The position numbers and the translations under genes were made by a program. Positions 9,268 through 19,838 of a stretch of DNA of 64,000 nt are shown here, in pieces. Under the pieces are notes generated by a model. That model saw only the letters and a program-made list of their open reading frames with translations, did not search any database and had not been told where the DNA came from. The stretch comes from an uncultured virus (IMG/VR IMGVR_UViG_3300020048_000013) (lineage: Duplodnaviria > Heunggongvirae > Uroviricota > Caudoviricetes), in the IMG/VR virus record IMGVR_UViG_3300020048_000013, one strand, 5' to 3'. Each line of letters begins with the position of its first letter. Within the stretch, counting starts at the first letter, position 1.

Positions 9268-10524
9268 TTATACAATATCTGAGTACAAATCATCTGCAGT
9301 TTTTTCTTTTTTAGTGCTTTCGAATACAGGAGAAGTGTCTGTTGTTAATACTGTTTCTTTTTCTTCTGTCAAATATGATTTTTTAACTTCTTTTTTAGCT
9401 TTTTTTAATCTTTCTTCATTCATGATTTTAATAGATTTTTCTTTCAATATATTATAAAACTCTTCGAAATTATTAGTTGTTAAATTTTCAGCATAGCTTT
9501 CTATTAATTGTTTTGCATTATCGTCTTTTATTTCTTCTGTTACATCTCTTGTCAAACCATGTTTTATTAATGTATCGATTTTTCTTTTTAATTTAACATT
9601 ATTCTTTTCTAATAATTGTTTGCTTTGTATTAAATCATCTTTTTCTTTTCTATTATTTTTATCATTTTCTCTTAACATATTATATGTATTATTTAATCTG
9701 TTAAATTTCTCCTGTAATTTCAAAAGCTGTTCTTTGTAATTTAGCGATTCTTCTGCTATAGATTCGTCAACGAAACTATTTTTCATTTCCATCATTATTT
9801 CACGAGAAACATAATCAACATATTCATCAATTTGTTTTTTCTCAGATTTTATGAAATGATTAATTTCTTTTTCTTTATCGTTTTCTATTTCCATAATTTT
9901 AAATTTCAATCTATCATCAAAAGATTCTGATATGATATGAATTTGTCCTTCCAAAAAACTTTCTAAAATATTTTTTATTTTTTCTTTCATTAATTTCGGC
10001 AAAGTTTTATTTCCAATAACATTCATTATTTTATCAATTTCTTCATGAACACTTTTAGCCAATTCAGATTCTTCTAAAATTTTTATATTTTTTATTGTGT
10101 TTATTCTTTTTTGAGCATTTTCTTTAATTTTTTCTGAAAAATTATCATCTTTCTTTTCTTCGGAATCGTCTTTTAACTTTTTTTCTATATCTTTAATTTG
10201 TTGTAGTAACATTTTCTTGTTGTCTGTTGGTTCTTCATAAACTTCTTTTTCAGTTCCTTCTTCATCCAATTCATCATCGTCTTCATCTAAAGAATCTACC
10301 GAGTTTTCTGATTCGTTTAATTCATCAATTTCCATGAATTCTTTTTCAAAGATATTTTTTTCTATATCTATATTATATGAACTATCCATCAGATTGAATC
10401 CTTCATTTTTTTTGATATTCAATGTAACCAAATTATCATTTTCTTCGATGATTGTTACTATATCATCTTTTATAATAACGGAATCTTCGGTTACTATATC
10501 ATTTTTTGCCATATAAATTTTCAT
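9268..10524 (-). CDS. gp22: Prohead core scaffold protein
   Basis: Acidic coiled coil directly upstream of gp23, IDEYVDYV motif, many L/I-x-E sites; start chosen by AGAGG RBS. Confidence 0.75.
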   Translation of the reverse strand: MKIYMAKNDIVTEDSVIIKDDIVTIIEENDNLVTLNIKKNEGFNLMDSSYNIDIEKNIFEKEFMEIDELNESENSVDSLDEDDDELDEEGTEKEVYEEPTDNKKMLLQQIKDIEKKLKDDSEEKKDDNFSEKIKENAQKRINTIKNIKILEESELAKSVHEEIDKIMNVIGNKTLPKLMKEKIKNILESFLEGQIHIISESFDDRLKFKIMEIENDKEKEINHFIKSEKKQIDEYVDYVSREIMMEMKNSFVDESIAEESLNYKEQLLKLQEKFNRLNNTYNMLRENDKNNRKEKDDLIQSKQLLEKNNVKLKRKIDTLIKHGLTRDVTEEIKDDNAKQLIESYAENLTTNNFEEFYNILKEKSIKIMNEERLKKAKKEVKKSYLTEEKETVLTTDTSPVFESTKKEKTADDLYSDIV

Positions 10525-10541
10525 ATTTATCCTCTTAATTT

Positions 10542-10929
10542 TTATTTTATCTTTTTTATTAGTTTTAAACATTTGCGTTTTTCATCATCTATCATAACAC
10601 TAACTGTTGGTAAATGTTTATAACCGCTTTTATGTATTTCTTTATCTAATTTAACTACCATATTACCATGAATATATCCATCAACAACAACTCGTTCACC
10701 AGCTTTGACAACATGATTCTCAGGAAAAGATGGTGATACAAAATCTTTTATTACTAATAAGACATCTCCAGCAACAATATCTTTTTCAGATTCATCTATC
10801 TCNNNNNNNNNNTTCTGGTCCAAAATCTGTTATAGTTGGCATTTCTCTCGTCGACGAACATCCCATATCTCTATCATCTATTCCTTCATCAATAGATTCT
10901 TTATAATCTTCAAAAATAGATTTTATCAT
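10542..10929 (-). CDS. Probable prohead core/internal protein spanning an N gap
   Basis: Hand-translated start MIKSIFEDYKESIDE at 10929, open to the gap; lies between gp21 and gp22. Confidence 0.55.
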
Positions 10930-10930
10930 T

Positions 10931-11620
10931 TTATTTTCCATTTATTTTACCTATTAATTTATTATATAAATCGAAAGATTTTTTTCTATCTCTAGGATTT
11001 AAATTTTTAATTGATTTTTTGAATATATCTAATTCTTGTTCTGTTAATAAATTTTCTGTTATTAATGTGTTTGCTGATTCGTTTACTGCATGATATACAA
11101 TAGCATCTGGTGCTGATGGTTGAAAAACAACATCAACATAATATAATCTAAAATCAGTATCTACTTCATTATTTTTCTTTACTGTTCCTGTTCCTCTCGA
11201 AGAAACACCAATTTCAAATCCCAAATTAAATAAATCTTGAACTAATGCACCAACTCCATAATTTCCTATGACAGATTCGCCATAAATATTATTTCCTTCT
11301 GGCCACAATTTTCTAGTTCTTCCACAAGTTCTTTCCAGATTTAATTCTAAAGAATCTGGATGATTTAATTCCATTCCAGATTTTTTCATATTAACAACTT
11401 CTGTAATATATCTTTGAACTTCGGGCAATAATACTTTAAAAAATGGATACATTCTTCCATTTCTATTTTTAATATCTCCCTGCATATATATACCATTTAT
11501 AATAAAATCTGTTGTACTACTGGCTTCATTCAAAACTTTTCTCACGGTACAAACACTATTTGAATTTTCTATAAGTATTCCAAATCCAGTAGCATTTTCT
11601 TTTAATAATTGTATTTTCAT
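10931..11620 (-). CDS. gp21: Prohead protease
   Basis: GIYMQGDIKNRNGRMY, ELNHP, GVSSRGTG, DVVFQPSAPDA. Confidence 0.95.
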   Translation of the reverse strand: MKIQLLKENATGFGILIENSNSVCTVRKVLNEASSTTDFIINGIYMQGDIKNRNGRMYPFFKVLLPEVQRYITEVVNMKKSGMELNHPDSLELNLERTCGRTRKLWPEGNNIYGESVIGNYGVGALVQDLFNLGFEIGVSSRGTGTVKKNNEVDTDFRLYYVDVVFQPSAPDAIVYHAVNESANTLITENLLTEQELDIFKKSIKNLNPRDRKKSFDLYNKLIGKINGK

Positions 11621-11651
11621 ATAATTAACCTTTTTCTTATTATTTATAAAA

Positions 11652-12701
11652 TTATGTTATCGGATATCCTGTATGACCCAAAGAACTAACAAAAAATCCA
11701 TAAGGGTCGTTGCCAGTCGTTTTACTTCCAAGTCCTGTTATATATTTTGTTATAGTAGTTGTCCCAACGGCTATTTTGTAAGTATTATAACCATCACCAA
11801 CACTGTAAGTAGAAAAGAAAATATCGCCAGTAGAATTAGTATGAAGATTATAGCAGTAATATAATGGAGTAGTTAAATCTTCTTTTGTTAAATTAATTGT
11901 TGATGATACTGTCGGTGTTCCTTCTAAATCTGTTATTTTATAAATTTTGTTTTGAGTCGTTCCGTCTTGTTTGTTCGACAACCCCCACAAATTACCATCT
12001 TTATCACAAAAACTATCTATTATATATCCAACAGATTCATTTAAGTCTGGAGAATCTCCCGTCACGACAGAACCATTATAATATAATCTACGAAATGATG
12101 TAGATGGCACAACACCAAGCAATCCAAAAACCGTTCCATTTTGATTAATTGCCGTGAATGTAGTTCTACTATTACCGTCATATATAACAAAATCTGTGGA
12201 TTTATCGTCTGCATTTACAACTACAAAGTTATTTGATGTTGATGATACCAAATTTTTACTAAGCCACAAATTGTTAATTTTATCTATTTTAAACATTCCC
12301 ATTCCGCCCATCGCAGAGTTTATAAGATGCAAATTGTCCTCTGATAAAGTAAAATCTGAAGTATTAATTTTATACATTTTAAAAGAAGTTGAATTATAGG
12401 AGGCATTTATAGCAATATATAAATTTCTACCACCAACTTCTAATCCATTATCCAAAGACAACCCCAATACCTCATAACCAGTTAATGTTAAAGCGGTGTT
12501 TATGTTTATTGGTGGTGTCACTACCCCAGTAGAAGTTATTTTTCCGATAAAAGCCCCATAAGAATAATACATCGTTCCATCTGTATCACAAACACATCTC
12601 ATTTCATAATAATTTGTGAGAGGAATACCAACTTCGATTTGTCGTAATATTGTTGGATTTCCTTCTGGATCTGATCCAAGTTGTGTCGCATAATATTTCA
12701 T
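11652..12701 (-). CDS. Beta-propeller-like putative virion protein
   Basis: Repeated D..G.LW/IY blades, beta-rich composition. Confidence 0.5.
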   Translation of the reverse strand: MKYYATQLGSDPEGNPTILRQIEVGIPLTNYYEMRCVCDTDGTMYYSYGAFIGKITSTGVVTPPININTALTLTGYEVLGLSLDNGLEVGGRNLYIAINASYNSTSFKMYKINTSDFTLSEDNLHLINSAMGGMGMFKIDKINNLWLSKNLVSSTSNNFVVVNADDKSTDFVIYDGNSRTTFTAINQNGTVFGLLGVVPSTSFRRLYYNGSVVTGDSPDLNESVGYIIDSFCDKDGNLWGLSNKQDGTTQNKIYKITDLEGTPTVSSTINLTKEDLTTPLYYCYNLHTNSTGDIFFSTYSVGDGYNTYKIAVGTTTITKYITGLGSKTTGNDPYGFFVSSLGHTGYPIT

Positions 12702-12714
12702 ATTTTAATCTCCT

Positions 12715-13242
12715 TTATTCTGGTATTCCAGGGTCATCCGTTCCGTTTGTTAATATCATCCAACCGACAGGGAAAGTATCTATACTTGTATTCACTTCAT
12801 AGCTATAATTTGTTATTAACCAACCTTTATTATCATAAGGAATATTTTCGCCATAATAATAATTTGTAAGCATCCAAGGATTAATTATAATTTCTCCACC
12901 AGTTAAAGAAAATTCAGAACTAAATCCATAGACATATTCTAAATTAACAACACTTATTTTTATTTGATAATCGCTATTTGAATTATCTTCTAAAAGGTAT
13001 TGATAGACTCCATTATTCGGTGTGCTTGTTATTATAGTTTTATTAAATAATCCATTTTTGTATAATTCTAATTTAACATTTGGAAAATAAAAATTATTAA
13101 AATATCCGCTATTCCATAGAATTATTATTGTATATGGTTGTTCAAAAGTTCCGCCATCAGGAGAAAATATTCTTATATATGGAGACTTCGATCTCGTTAA
13201 TCTTGTATTTAATCGGTTAGATATTTCGTGTGTTAAATCCAT
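12715..13242 (-). CDS. Ig-like (Kre9/KNH-N-like) putative virion protein
   Basis: SPDGG...I.W...VKLELYKNG...TPNNGVY...YQIKI...S.EFSL pattern; late promoter upstream. Confidence 0.55.
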   Translation of the reverse strand: MDLTHEISNRLNTRLTRSKSPYIRIFSPDGGTFEQPYTIIILWNSGYFNNFYFPNVKLELYKNGLFNKTIITSTPNNGVYQYLLEDNSNSDYQIKISVVNLEYVYGFSSEFSLTGGEIIINPWMLTNYYYGENIPYDNKGWLITNYSYEVNTSIDTFPVGWMILTNGTDDPGIPE

Positions 13243-13265
13243 AATATTATTTATATTTCTTAAAT

Positions 13266-13292
13266 AAAAAATCCCGTCATAATTCGGGATTT
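13266..13292 (-). terminator. Intrinsic terminator
   Basis: AAATCCCG...CGGGATTT followed by a T run. Confidence 0.65.
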
Positions 13293-13311
13293 AAAATAAA
13301 AAATTTTGCTT

Positions 13312-14226
13312 TCATTCGGTATTATCATCAGTATCTATTACATTCATTTTAAGCTTTTTCTCAATTCTCCTCAATTCATCCAATCCATCCATTGTTTTTA
13401 TTGGAGAAGGTTCTTTATCATGCGTAGAACTCCAAGCAGCTAAAATATCGCTCGCTGTGTCTTGCATGAATAAAATCGAAAGATTAAAAAATCTATTCAC
13501 TTTATCATTTATCGTTCCGCCAATCATGCTTCTAACTTTTTCTGTATATTCGTCTAATCTTTTATGTTTTAATTCCATGTATTTATTACATACATCAATT
13601 GAAAATTCTTCTTCACATTTCTTATTCATTTTTGAACAATGACTTCTCAATTTTTCTATCGCTAAATTCAAATCTTCCTCGCTGTTGAACATATAAGTCA
13701 TGCTATCCATCACCCAATCACCAAATTCGCCACATTGTTCAACGATAAAGAAACGAAGCTTCTCATTATTAAAGAATGGAAGAACATCGCCTATTTTCAA
13801 ACGAATGACCCCTCTATATTGTTTGTTCTTTGCTTCTGAATCCTCGCCTTTTTTGAATAGAGCATAAAGATCATCCAAACCAGATTTTATATCTTCGAAA
13901 TTTTTATTTGTTGCATCAAAATGTTTATTGTGTTCTTTTAGAATGTCTTTTATGTCGTTGTGTTCTTTTATATTTTTTGCTTCATAAGTTCTCAATTCTT
14001 CTATAACAATCCTATCAAGTGTTACGACAGAATCTTTTTCTTCTTGTTTATCAGCATCATCTATAATTTTTTTCTCACTGAATACTTTTTCAAGAGCTGC
14101 AGTTACAATTTTTGATGATTGTTGTTCTGCTTCTTCTTCTCGTTTTTTATTTCCCGTGAAGTAGAAATATGCAATTACCGACAAAACTCCCAATTCTATA
14201 AAACTTTTCCATGTTAAAAAATCCAT
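13312..14226 (-). CDS. Membrane-anchored coiled-coil protein (possible lysis function)
   Basis: Single N-terminal TM helix; follows the holin-like gene. Confidence 0.55.
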   Translation of the reverse strand: MDFLTWKSFIELGVLSVIAYFYFTGNKKREEEAEQQSSKIVTAALEKVFSEKKIIDDADKQEEKDSVVTLDRIVIEELRTYEAKNIKEHNDIKDILKEHNKHFDATNKNFEDIKSGLDDLYALFKKGEDSEAKNKQYRGVIRLKIGDVLPFFNNEKLRFFIVEQCGEFGDWVMDSMTYMFNSEEDLNLAIEKLRSHCSKMNKKCEEEFSIDVCNKYMELKHKRLDEYTEKVRSMIGGTINDKVNRFFNLSILFMQDTASDILAAWSSTHDKEPSPIKTMDGLDELRRIEKKLKMNVIDTDDNTE

Positions 14227-14239
14227 TTAGTCAACCTTA

Positions 14240-14497
14240 TTATACTTTTTCTTTATTTAAATTTATTATTTGTTCATCTTTGTCTTTGGAACTTTTGGAA
14301 CTTCCGAAATAGTAACTAATAATGGTAATAAAAGAACCACATATAGCACCAACCAGAATATTAATTATTTGAACATTTTCTGTCGGGGGTTTAATATAAA
14401 ACAATAATCCAATTATTATCATAAACGCACCAACAACAATACTACCAAAAACTAACTGCATTGTCGAAAACTGTATTTTATCTTTTTTTTCTATCAT
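14240..14497 (-). CDS. Holin-like two-TM protein
   Basis: Two TM helices then IISYYFGSSKSSKDKD; late promoter upstream. Confidence 0.6.
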   Translation of the reverse strand: MIEKKDKIQFSTMQLVFGSIVVGAFMIIIGLLFYIKPPTENVQIINILVGAICGSFITIISYYFGSSKSSKDKDEQIINLNKEKV

Positions 14498-14528
14498 TTT
14501 ATCACTTCCATCTTTCTTTACTCTTTAT

Positions 14529-14684
14529 TTATAAAATATCATCGTCAATTTTGAATTCATTGCGTTTTTTATTATCTTTTTCTTTTTTCAAAAACAGTTC
14601 ATAATAAAACCAAACAATACATATAAAATATATTGATAATATTCCAACAACAATGTGTGGTATGATGGTCATAAAGTTTTCCAT
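14529..14684 (-). CDS. Small single-TM protein (51 aa)
   Basis: Hand translation MENFMTIIPHIVVGILSIFY... Confidence 0.5.
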   Translation of the reverse strand: MENFMTIIPHIVVGILSIYFICIVWFYYELFLKKEKDNKKRNEFKIDDDIL

Positions 14685-14701
14685 AACACCTTTTTTATTC
14701 C

Positions 14702-16715
14702 TTAATCGTTTCTTACTATATTTATTGCCAATTCGTTTTCATAATACCAAGAATATTGGTCATATTGTTTATCTGTATAATAGTAACTTACCAAATCCAA
14801 TCCATCTAATTTAGAAATTTGTTGAATACCAGTACTTCCTATTAAAGAACCCTGATAATAATGGTCTGGTTCTGGATAAGGAAGCCAAGCATTTGAAATA
14901 TTTTTATATTGCATTATTATATTTCCATTTGAATATATCATAACTTCAAATGTATAACTGGTGTCTTCATATGTAGACTTATATACTCCATCCCATTGAA
15001 CTATGAATCTATCATTACCACTATCAAAATAATAATAAACATTACCATCCGTAACAAAATCATCCCATAAAACAGCTATAATATTAAACGGACTATCAGA
15101 CATCTGACGAGGACCCATATAAGAGTCTGTCACTGTTCCGAATTGTAAATAACCATTTGTACTAACTACTACATTATTGTAGTTAGAACCATAGAACGGA
15201 AATGAAAATCCTATTGGCAACTGAGAACTATATCCATCATCGTTATCATTAAAAGTAACAACTGTTCCAATCGAAGAAATCTCGACCCAATTATATATTG
15301 CTTGCGGGTCTGAGTTAGTGTCTATTGCTGAATACAATCCGCTTCCTGTTGCTAAAGGTAAAGACACGGGGTTATCCCAAGTATTGATATTTANNNNNNN
15401 NNNTATACATAAAAATCGAAGTATGAATATGAGACTTGATATTTAAAGGAACTAATATAAATTTGTAGTTGTCTATTTCCACATCATAGAAAGTATAACC
15501 TAAACTATAAACATTATCAGTTAAATCTCCATATACAATTCCAAACCAATCATCCATTTCCCCTTCAACATCAAAAGTTTTTGAATGTGGATACCATCCA
15601 TTAAACGAATTCGATATAGTATTTACTGGCCAATCTGTGCCGTAAAATTTGTCATCATCTTCTAAATATGCACCATTGTTAAGATCGAAACGAGTTGCAA
15701 CATTACAACCCTGAGCAAGATTCCAATTAGACCATCTCCAAAAATTTCTTGTCATTTCTATTGTCGGAGTACTTGAAAATACATATTGAGAAGTTCGAGT
15801 TAATGATATGCTGTCTGTAATCGGAATTAATTCGCATTCATAATCTAAATCTTGTTCGTAAGGATCTTCGGTATCACTATTAAAGAAATCAGATTGTCTA
15901 ACAGAATATTTACTACCAGTATATATAGAAGCATCTCGTTCGTTACCATAATAATCAATACAATATCCTATTTGAGGACGGGTTAATGAAGTAGGTCTTG
16001 CCTCGTTCATTTTATACCAAACTTCCAAGTTATCTTCTATATGTTCATCTATTTCGATTAATGCTATTTCTTCGGGTGTTAATTTTTTAGAATATAATTT
16101 CCAATCTTTCATACTAATATAACAACCATATTGACGCAATTTGGTGACAGGATCTTTCCAACCATAACTAAATACATAGTCCAAACTAACATCTACTTGT
16201 TCATATAGTGAAAAGCCACTGGAACCAATTGATAATGTTTTTGGTTCCATTAAATTAAAAATTTGCTGAGAATCCATAACTTTTGTAAAAGTGGGGTGAA
16301 GTGAATTTTTTATCCAAACATCTGTAAAACCTTCGCTGGAAGAATATGTCATTATAACTCTATTCCATTCGCCATCAACCACATCTGTCTGAAAGTCTAT
16401 TGGATCTAAATAAACATCCCAGTTTCCATCTGTATCGCTTAATAACACCAATTCTCCCCAGTCATACCAAGTTCCAAAATCTTCTGAAGCTGGAATTTTT
16501 GGCATAAAATCAACTACTAAAGAAAAATCACTATCGTCTTGAATATAATCAACCATTACGGCATCATATCTTATTATATCAACTTCGTCACCAACACCGA
16601 AAGTATAGTAACCATCGCCAAGAGGTGGTGGCGGAGGCGGTGTCGGAGGAGTATAAGTTATCCAACTTTTGTTTCTTCCGTTTGCTAATTTCTCTCTAAA
16701 ACTATATCCAGGCAT
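14702..16715 (-). CDS. Putative virion/adhesin protein: LamG-like region plus C-terminal NIDO-like domain (two track ORFs probably joined across an N gap)
   Basis: Frame of the 221 aa ORF is open up to the gap (NINTWDNPVSLP); IGFSFPFYG..Y..V.VSTNGY..F and IIAVLWDDF motifs. Confidence 0.55.
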
Positions 16716-16740
16716 TTATATTTCCCGTTTTTATTATTAT

Positions 16741-17286
16741 TTATAAAAGTGTTCCTATAAAATATATAGTAGGTAAAATTAAACTCCAATCATACCATCT
16801 ATCCGAGTATGGAAAAGGTTTTCCAAACATCCAATAAGTAGTCATTGTGAGTTTATGTTTAAAAGTATTATACATTGTATAATTCATAATTCTCTTATAA
16901 ATCCAATTTCCTGTTATCCAAAGAGCAGAGAGTAAGAAGAAATCTTTCAAACAAACCCAAGCAATTACAAAAAATATTCCACCTTCTATCGCCCTGAGAG
17001 TATGGTAATCTATTTTCCAAATTAAGAATTTTTCTTCTTTGTTTTCAATTAAGAAATTCCTACTAATAAGAGTAAATATATACAAAACTAAACCCATATC
17101 AAATAAGTATATAGACCAAGAAGCTAAAGGCATACACCAATTTAACCCCACAAAAGATAAGAACACCAAGAAAGAATAAACCTTATCAGATATTCCTAAA
17201 TATGAATCTTGTTTAGACCACAAAAGTGCTTCCCGTGTTCCTGTGGTTATATACCAAGCAAATATTAAAATTATTGTTAAAACCAT
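16741..17286 (-). CDS. Multi-pass membrane protein
   Basis: Several hydrophobic segments in 181 aa. Confidence 0.65.
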   Translation of the reverse strand: MVLTIILIFAWYITTGTREALLWSKQDSYLGISDKVYSFLVFLSFVGLNWCMPLASWSIYLFDMGLVLYIFTLISRNFLIENKEEKFLIWKIDYHTLRAIEGGIFFVIAWVCLKDFFLLSALWITGNWIYKRIMNYTMYNTFKHKLTMTTYWMFGKPFPYSDRWYDWSLILPTIYFIGTLL

Positions 17287-17304
17287 TTTTATTACCTCTT
17301 TTAT

Positions 17305-17877
17305 TTACGGTGCATTACTTAATGTTTCTAAAACTTCATAATAAGCTATTGCTCTAATAACCCCAACAGCATTAGTAAAATTTCCAGCATCTCTTGTAAT
17401 TCTTATATTTGTAATAGCAGAAGTTATTTCATCAATATGCATTTTGTTTACTTTTGTACTTTTTGCGACAGCAGTTCCAGCAGAAGCAATGGCAGTAGTT
17501 GAACCAGTAATATATGCAGCACTCCAAGTTTCACCTGCTGTTAATGCAGTATCAACCCTTAATTGAACACCCAAAAGTTTAGAAGAAGCAGGAATACTTA
17601 AAGCAATATCAAAATAAGTTGTAGTTCCAGCAGGAGTTCCAGTAGCTTCTAAAAATTTTCTTGTATATCCACCGCCAGTAGTTGTAACAGTTGATTTAAT
17701 TGTTTCAAATCCTGCTATATTAACAGAATCATTAAATACAAAATCTGTTCCGTCATGTTTTAAAGTTTGAGCACCTAAAGTAATAAGTTCATTAGCACCA
17801 AGAGTTAATCCATCTGCTGTTGCTGTTCCAATTACTGTTAATGCTCCGTTTACTGTTGTTGCTTTAAGTTGTGCCAT
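17305..17877 (-). CDS. Putative fibre/decoration protein
   Basis: T/G/A-rich; shares the HDGTDFVFND motif with the C-terminus of the 2509 aa protein. Confidence 0.55.
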   Translation of the reverse strand: MAQLKATTVNGALTVIGTATADGLTLGANELITLGAQTLKHDGTDFVFNDSVNIAGFETIKSTVTTTGGGYTRKFLEATGTPAGTTTYFDIALSIPASSKLLGVQLRVDTALTAGETWSAAYITGSTTAIASAGTAVAKSTKVNKMHIDEITSAITNIRITRDAGNFTNAVGVIRAIAYYEVLETLSNAP

Positions 17878-17880
17878 CGT

Positions 17881-19806
17881 TTAAATCTCCACTATTTCAT
17901 TTTTAACATCTAATTCGTTTTCTAATAATTTCATCTGTGCTGGGTCATTCCAAATTTCTGATGGTTGCCAAAATGAAGTTGTTGTACCTGATACTGTAAG
18001 AACTGTTCCAAGTGAACCCGTTATGCTTGTTCCTGTTCCTTGATTAATATACCATATTTCATCGTTTATTTGGAATGAATAAACTTTATTGGGTGAATAA
18101 ACGCTACCATTTGCATAACATATACAAATAGTTCTTGTCATACCAATTAAATGATTTATATCTATTGAAATATTTGTAGCAGTATATACAGTCACTCCAG
18201 TAAGAACATCTATAATATAATAATTTATTTTTGTTTGACTTGAAGTTAATTCTATTATATAATCATAAATAGTGTTTTCTACTAATCCTGTTGCTGTACG
18301 ATATGCCAATCCATAACAAAAATACTCCGTTCCATAGATTGAGGTATTAAATATCATAAAATCTCGTTCTGAACCCGATACAACATTATAACTGCCGTGA
18401 CCCCTCGTAGTTGTTGGTGCATTATTATTATAGGTTTTTCTAATCTTAAAATAAGTTACATCTTTTGGTAAAATATTCGTATTGATTGATATGTTCGTTC
18501 CATTACCTTTTCCACAATATTGTTCTACACTTCTTGTGTTAATTTGCCAAAAATTATGTAAAGTTCCGCTTATATTTAAAACAGTTCCCTTATCACCAGT
18601 AATAGTATTTCCGTAACCTCTGCTGATATTCCAAGTTTCTGAATTGATTGTGAATGAGTAGATTGTTGAAGTTGTATAATATCTCGAACTATAATTCATA
18701 CAATAAATATATAAGTTATTGGTATCTTCAAGCAAATAAGAATTATTAGTATAAGAAGTGTTTAATACTACTGTATTTGTTGTTAAATTAGTAAAAATAC
18801 AATTTACTGTATGACCGCTATTCGTCATTGTTAAGCTAAGTGTATATTTATTATTTACTATTAAATAGGGAGCAAACTGAATAGCTACTGTGCTTGTAAA
18901 TAAAGCTAATGATGAATCTGTTTCTATTGGTGCTCTTGTAGCAAAATAAAATCTTCTATTAGAATCGTTCAAAACACCAAATAAATTTTCATTTGCTGTT
19001 CCTCTTCCAGCCCATTTAAAAGTAATCTCAAAATTTGTTATATTTACAGGTTTAACTAAAGTATCAATATAAATACTTGCCCCATCACCTTTTCCAGCAT
19101 AAGTAGTCGAAACTTCATCAAACTCATTACATTTTACCAATCCTGTATTGTACATCTTCAAATTAGCATCTTCATTCCAAATTCCACTTTGTTGCCAAAA
19201 ATTTGTAAGAGTTCCATTTACAGTTAGAACTGTTCCGAGTGAGCCAGTAATTGTATTGCCAGTTCCATTGTTTATGTACCAAGTTTCTGAATTTATTGTG
19301 AATGAGTAGATTGTATTTGGTGCATAAGCGTTTATAGAAGAAGTATCGAAAGTATTTCGAGCATAAATATATAAATTTTTATCAGGTATAGAACCACCGA
19401 TAGGGTTGAATGTATAATCTTGTATTAATGTGTTGGTTGTTAAATTTGTTAAAATACATTGATATATACTCGCACTCATTTTTATTATTTGTCTTTTATA
19501 AACATTACCAACAACCATAGAAGCTAAGGTTGAAGGTGCTGAAGAATTACCTATATATACCGTAACAGTACCAGAATGGTTATAATCTTGGAAATATGCA
19601 GAAGTTGTGTTTCTTACACCGAATAAACAATCAGATGTTGCATCTAATGTATCATGTTTCCAAACAATCTCAAAATTATCAATAGTATTAGCAGGAATTA
19701 AAGTATTAATATAAACACTTGCACCATCACCTTTCCCAGCATAAGAAATTTCAGAAAACTCTGTTGCTTCTAAATTACCTGTATTCTTTAATTGAGCTAA
19801 ACTCAC
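17881..19806 (-). CDS. Three-repeat beta-rich putative virion protein
   Basis: Three copies of GKG.G...I.T ... YSF.IN.E.W.I..G.G..ITG..GTVL.V.GT...FWQ; late promoter upstream. Confidence 0.6.
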   Translation of the reverse strand: MSLAQLKNTGNLEATEFSEISYAGKGDGASVYINTLIPANTIDNFEIVWKHDTLDATSDCLFGVRNTTSAYFQDYNHSGTVTVYIGNSSAPSTLASMVVGNVYKRQIIKMSASIYQCILTNLTTNTLIQDYTFNPIGGSIPDKNLYIYARNTFDTSSINAYAPNTIYSFTINSETWYINNGTGNTITGSLGTVLTVNGTLTNFWQQSGIWNEDANLKMYNTGLVKCNEFDEVSTTYAGKGDGASIYIDTLVKPVNITNFEITFKWAGRGTANENLFGVLNDSNRRFYFATRAPIETDSSLALFTSTVAIQFAPYLIVNNKYTLSLTMTNSGHTVNCIFTNLTTNTVVLNTSYTNNSYLLEDTNNLYIYCMNYSSRYYTTSTIYSFTINSETWNISRGYGNTITGDKGTVLNISGTLHNFWQINTRSVEQYCGKGNGTNISINTNILPKDVTYFKIRKTYNNNAPTTTRGHGSYNVVSGSERDFMIFNTSIYGTEYFCYGLAYRTATGLVENTIYDYIIELTSSQTKINYYIIDVLTGVTVYTATNISIDINHLIGMTRTICICYANGSVYSPNKVYSFQINDEIWYINQGTGTSITGSLGTVLTVSGTTTSFWQPSEIWNDPAQMKLLENELDVKNEIVEI

Positions 19807-19838
19807 TAAATTTTCTCCTGTTTCTCTTTATTTATAGT

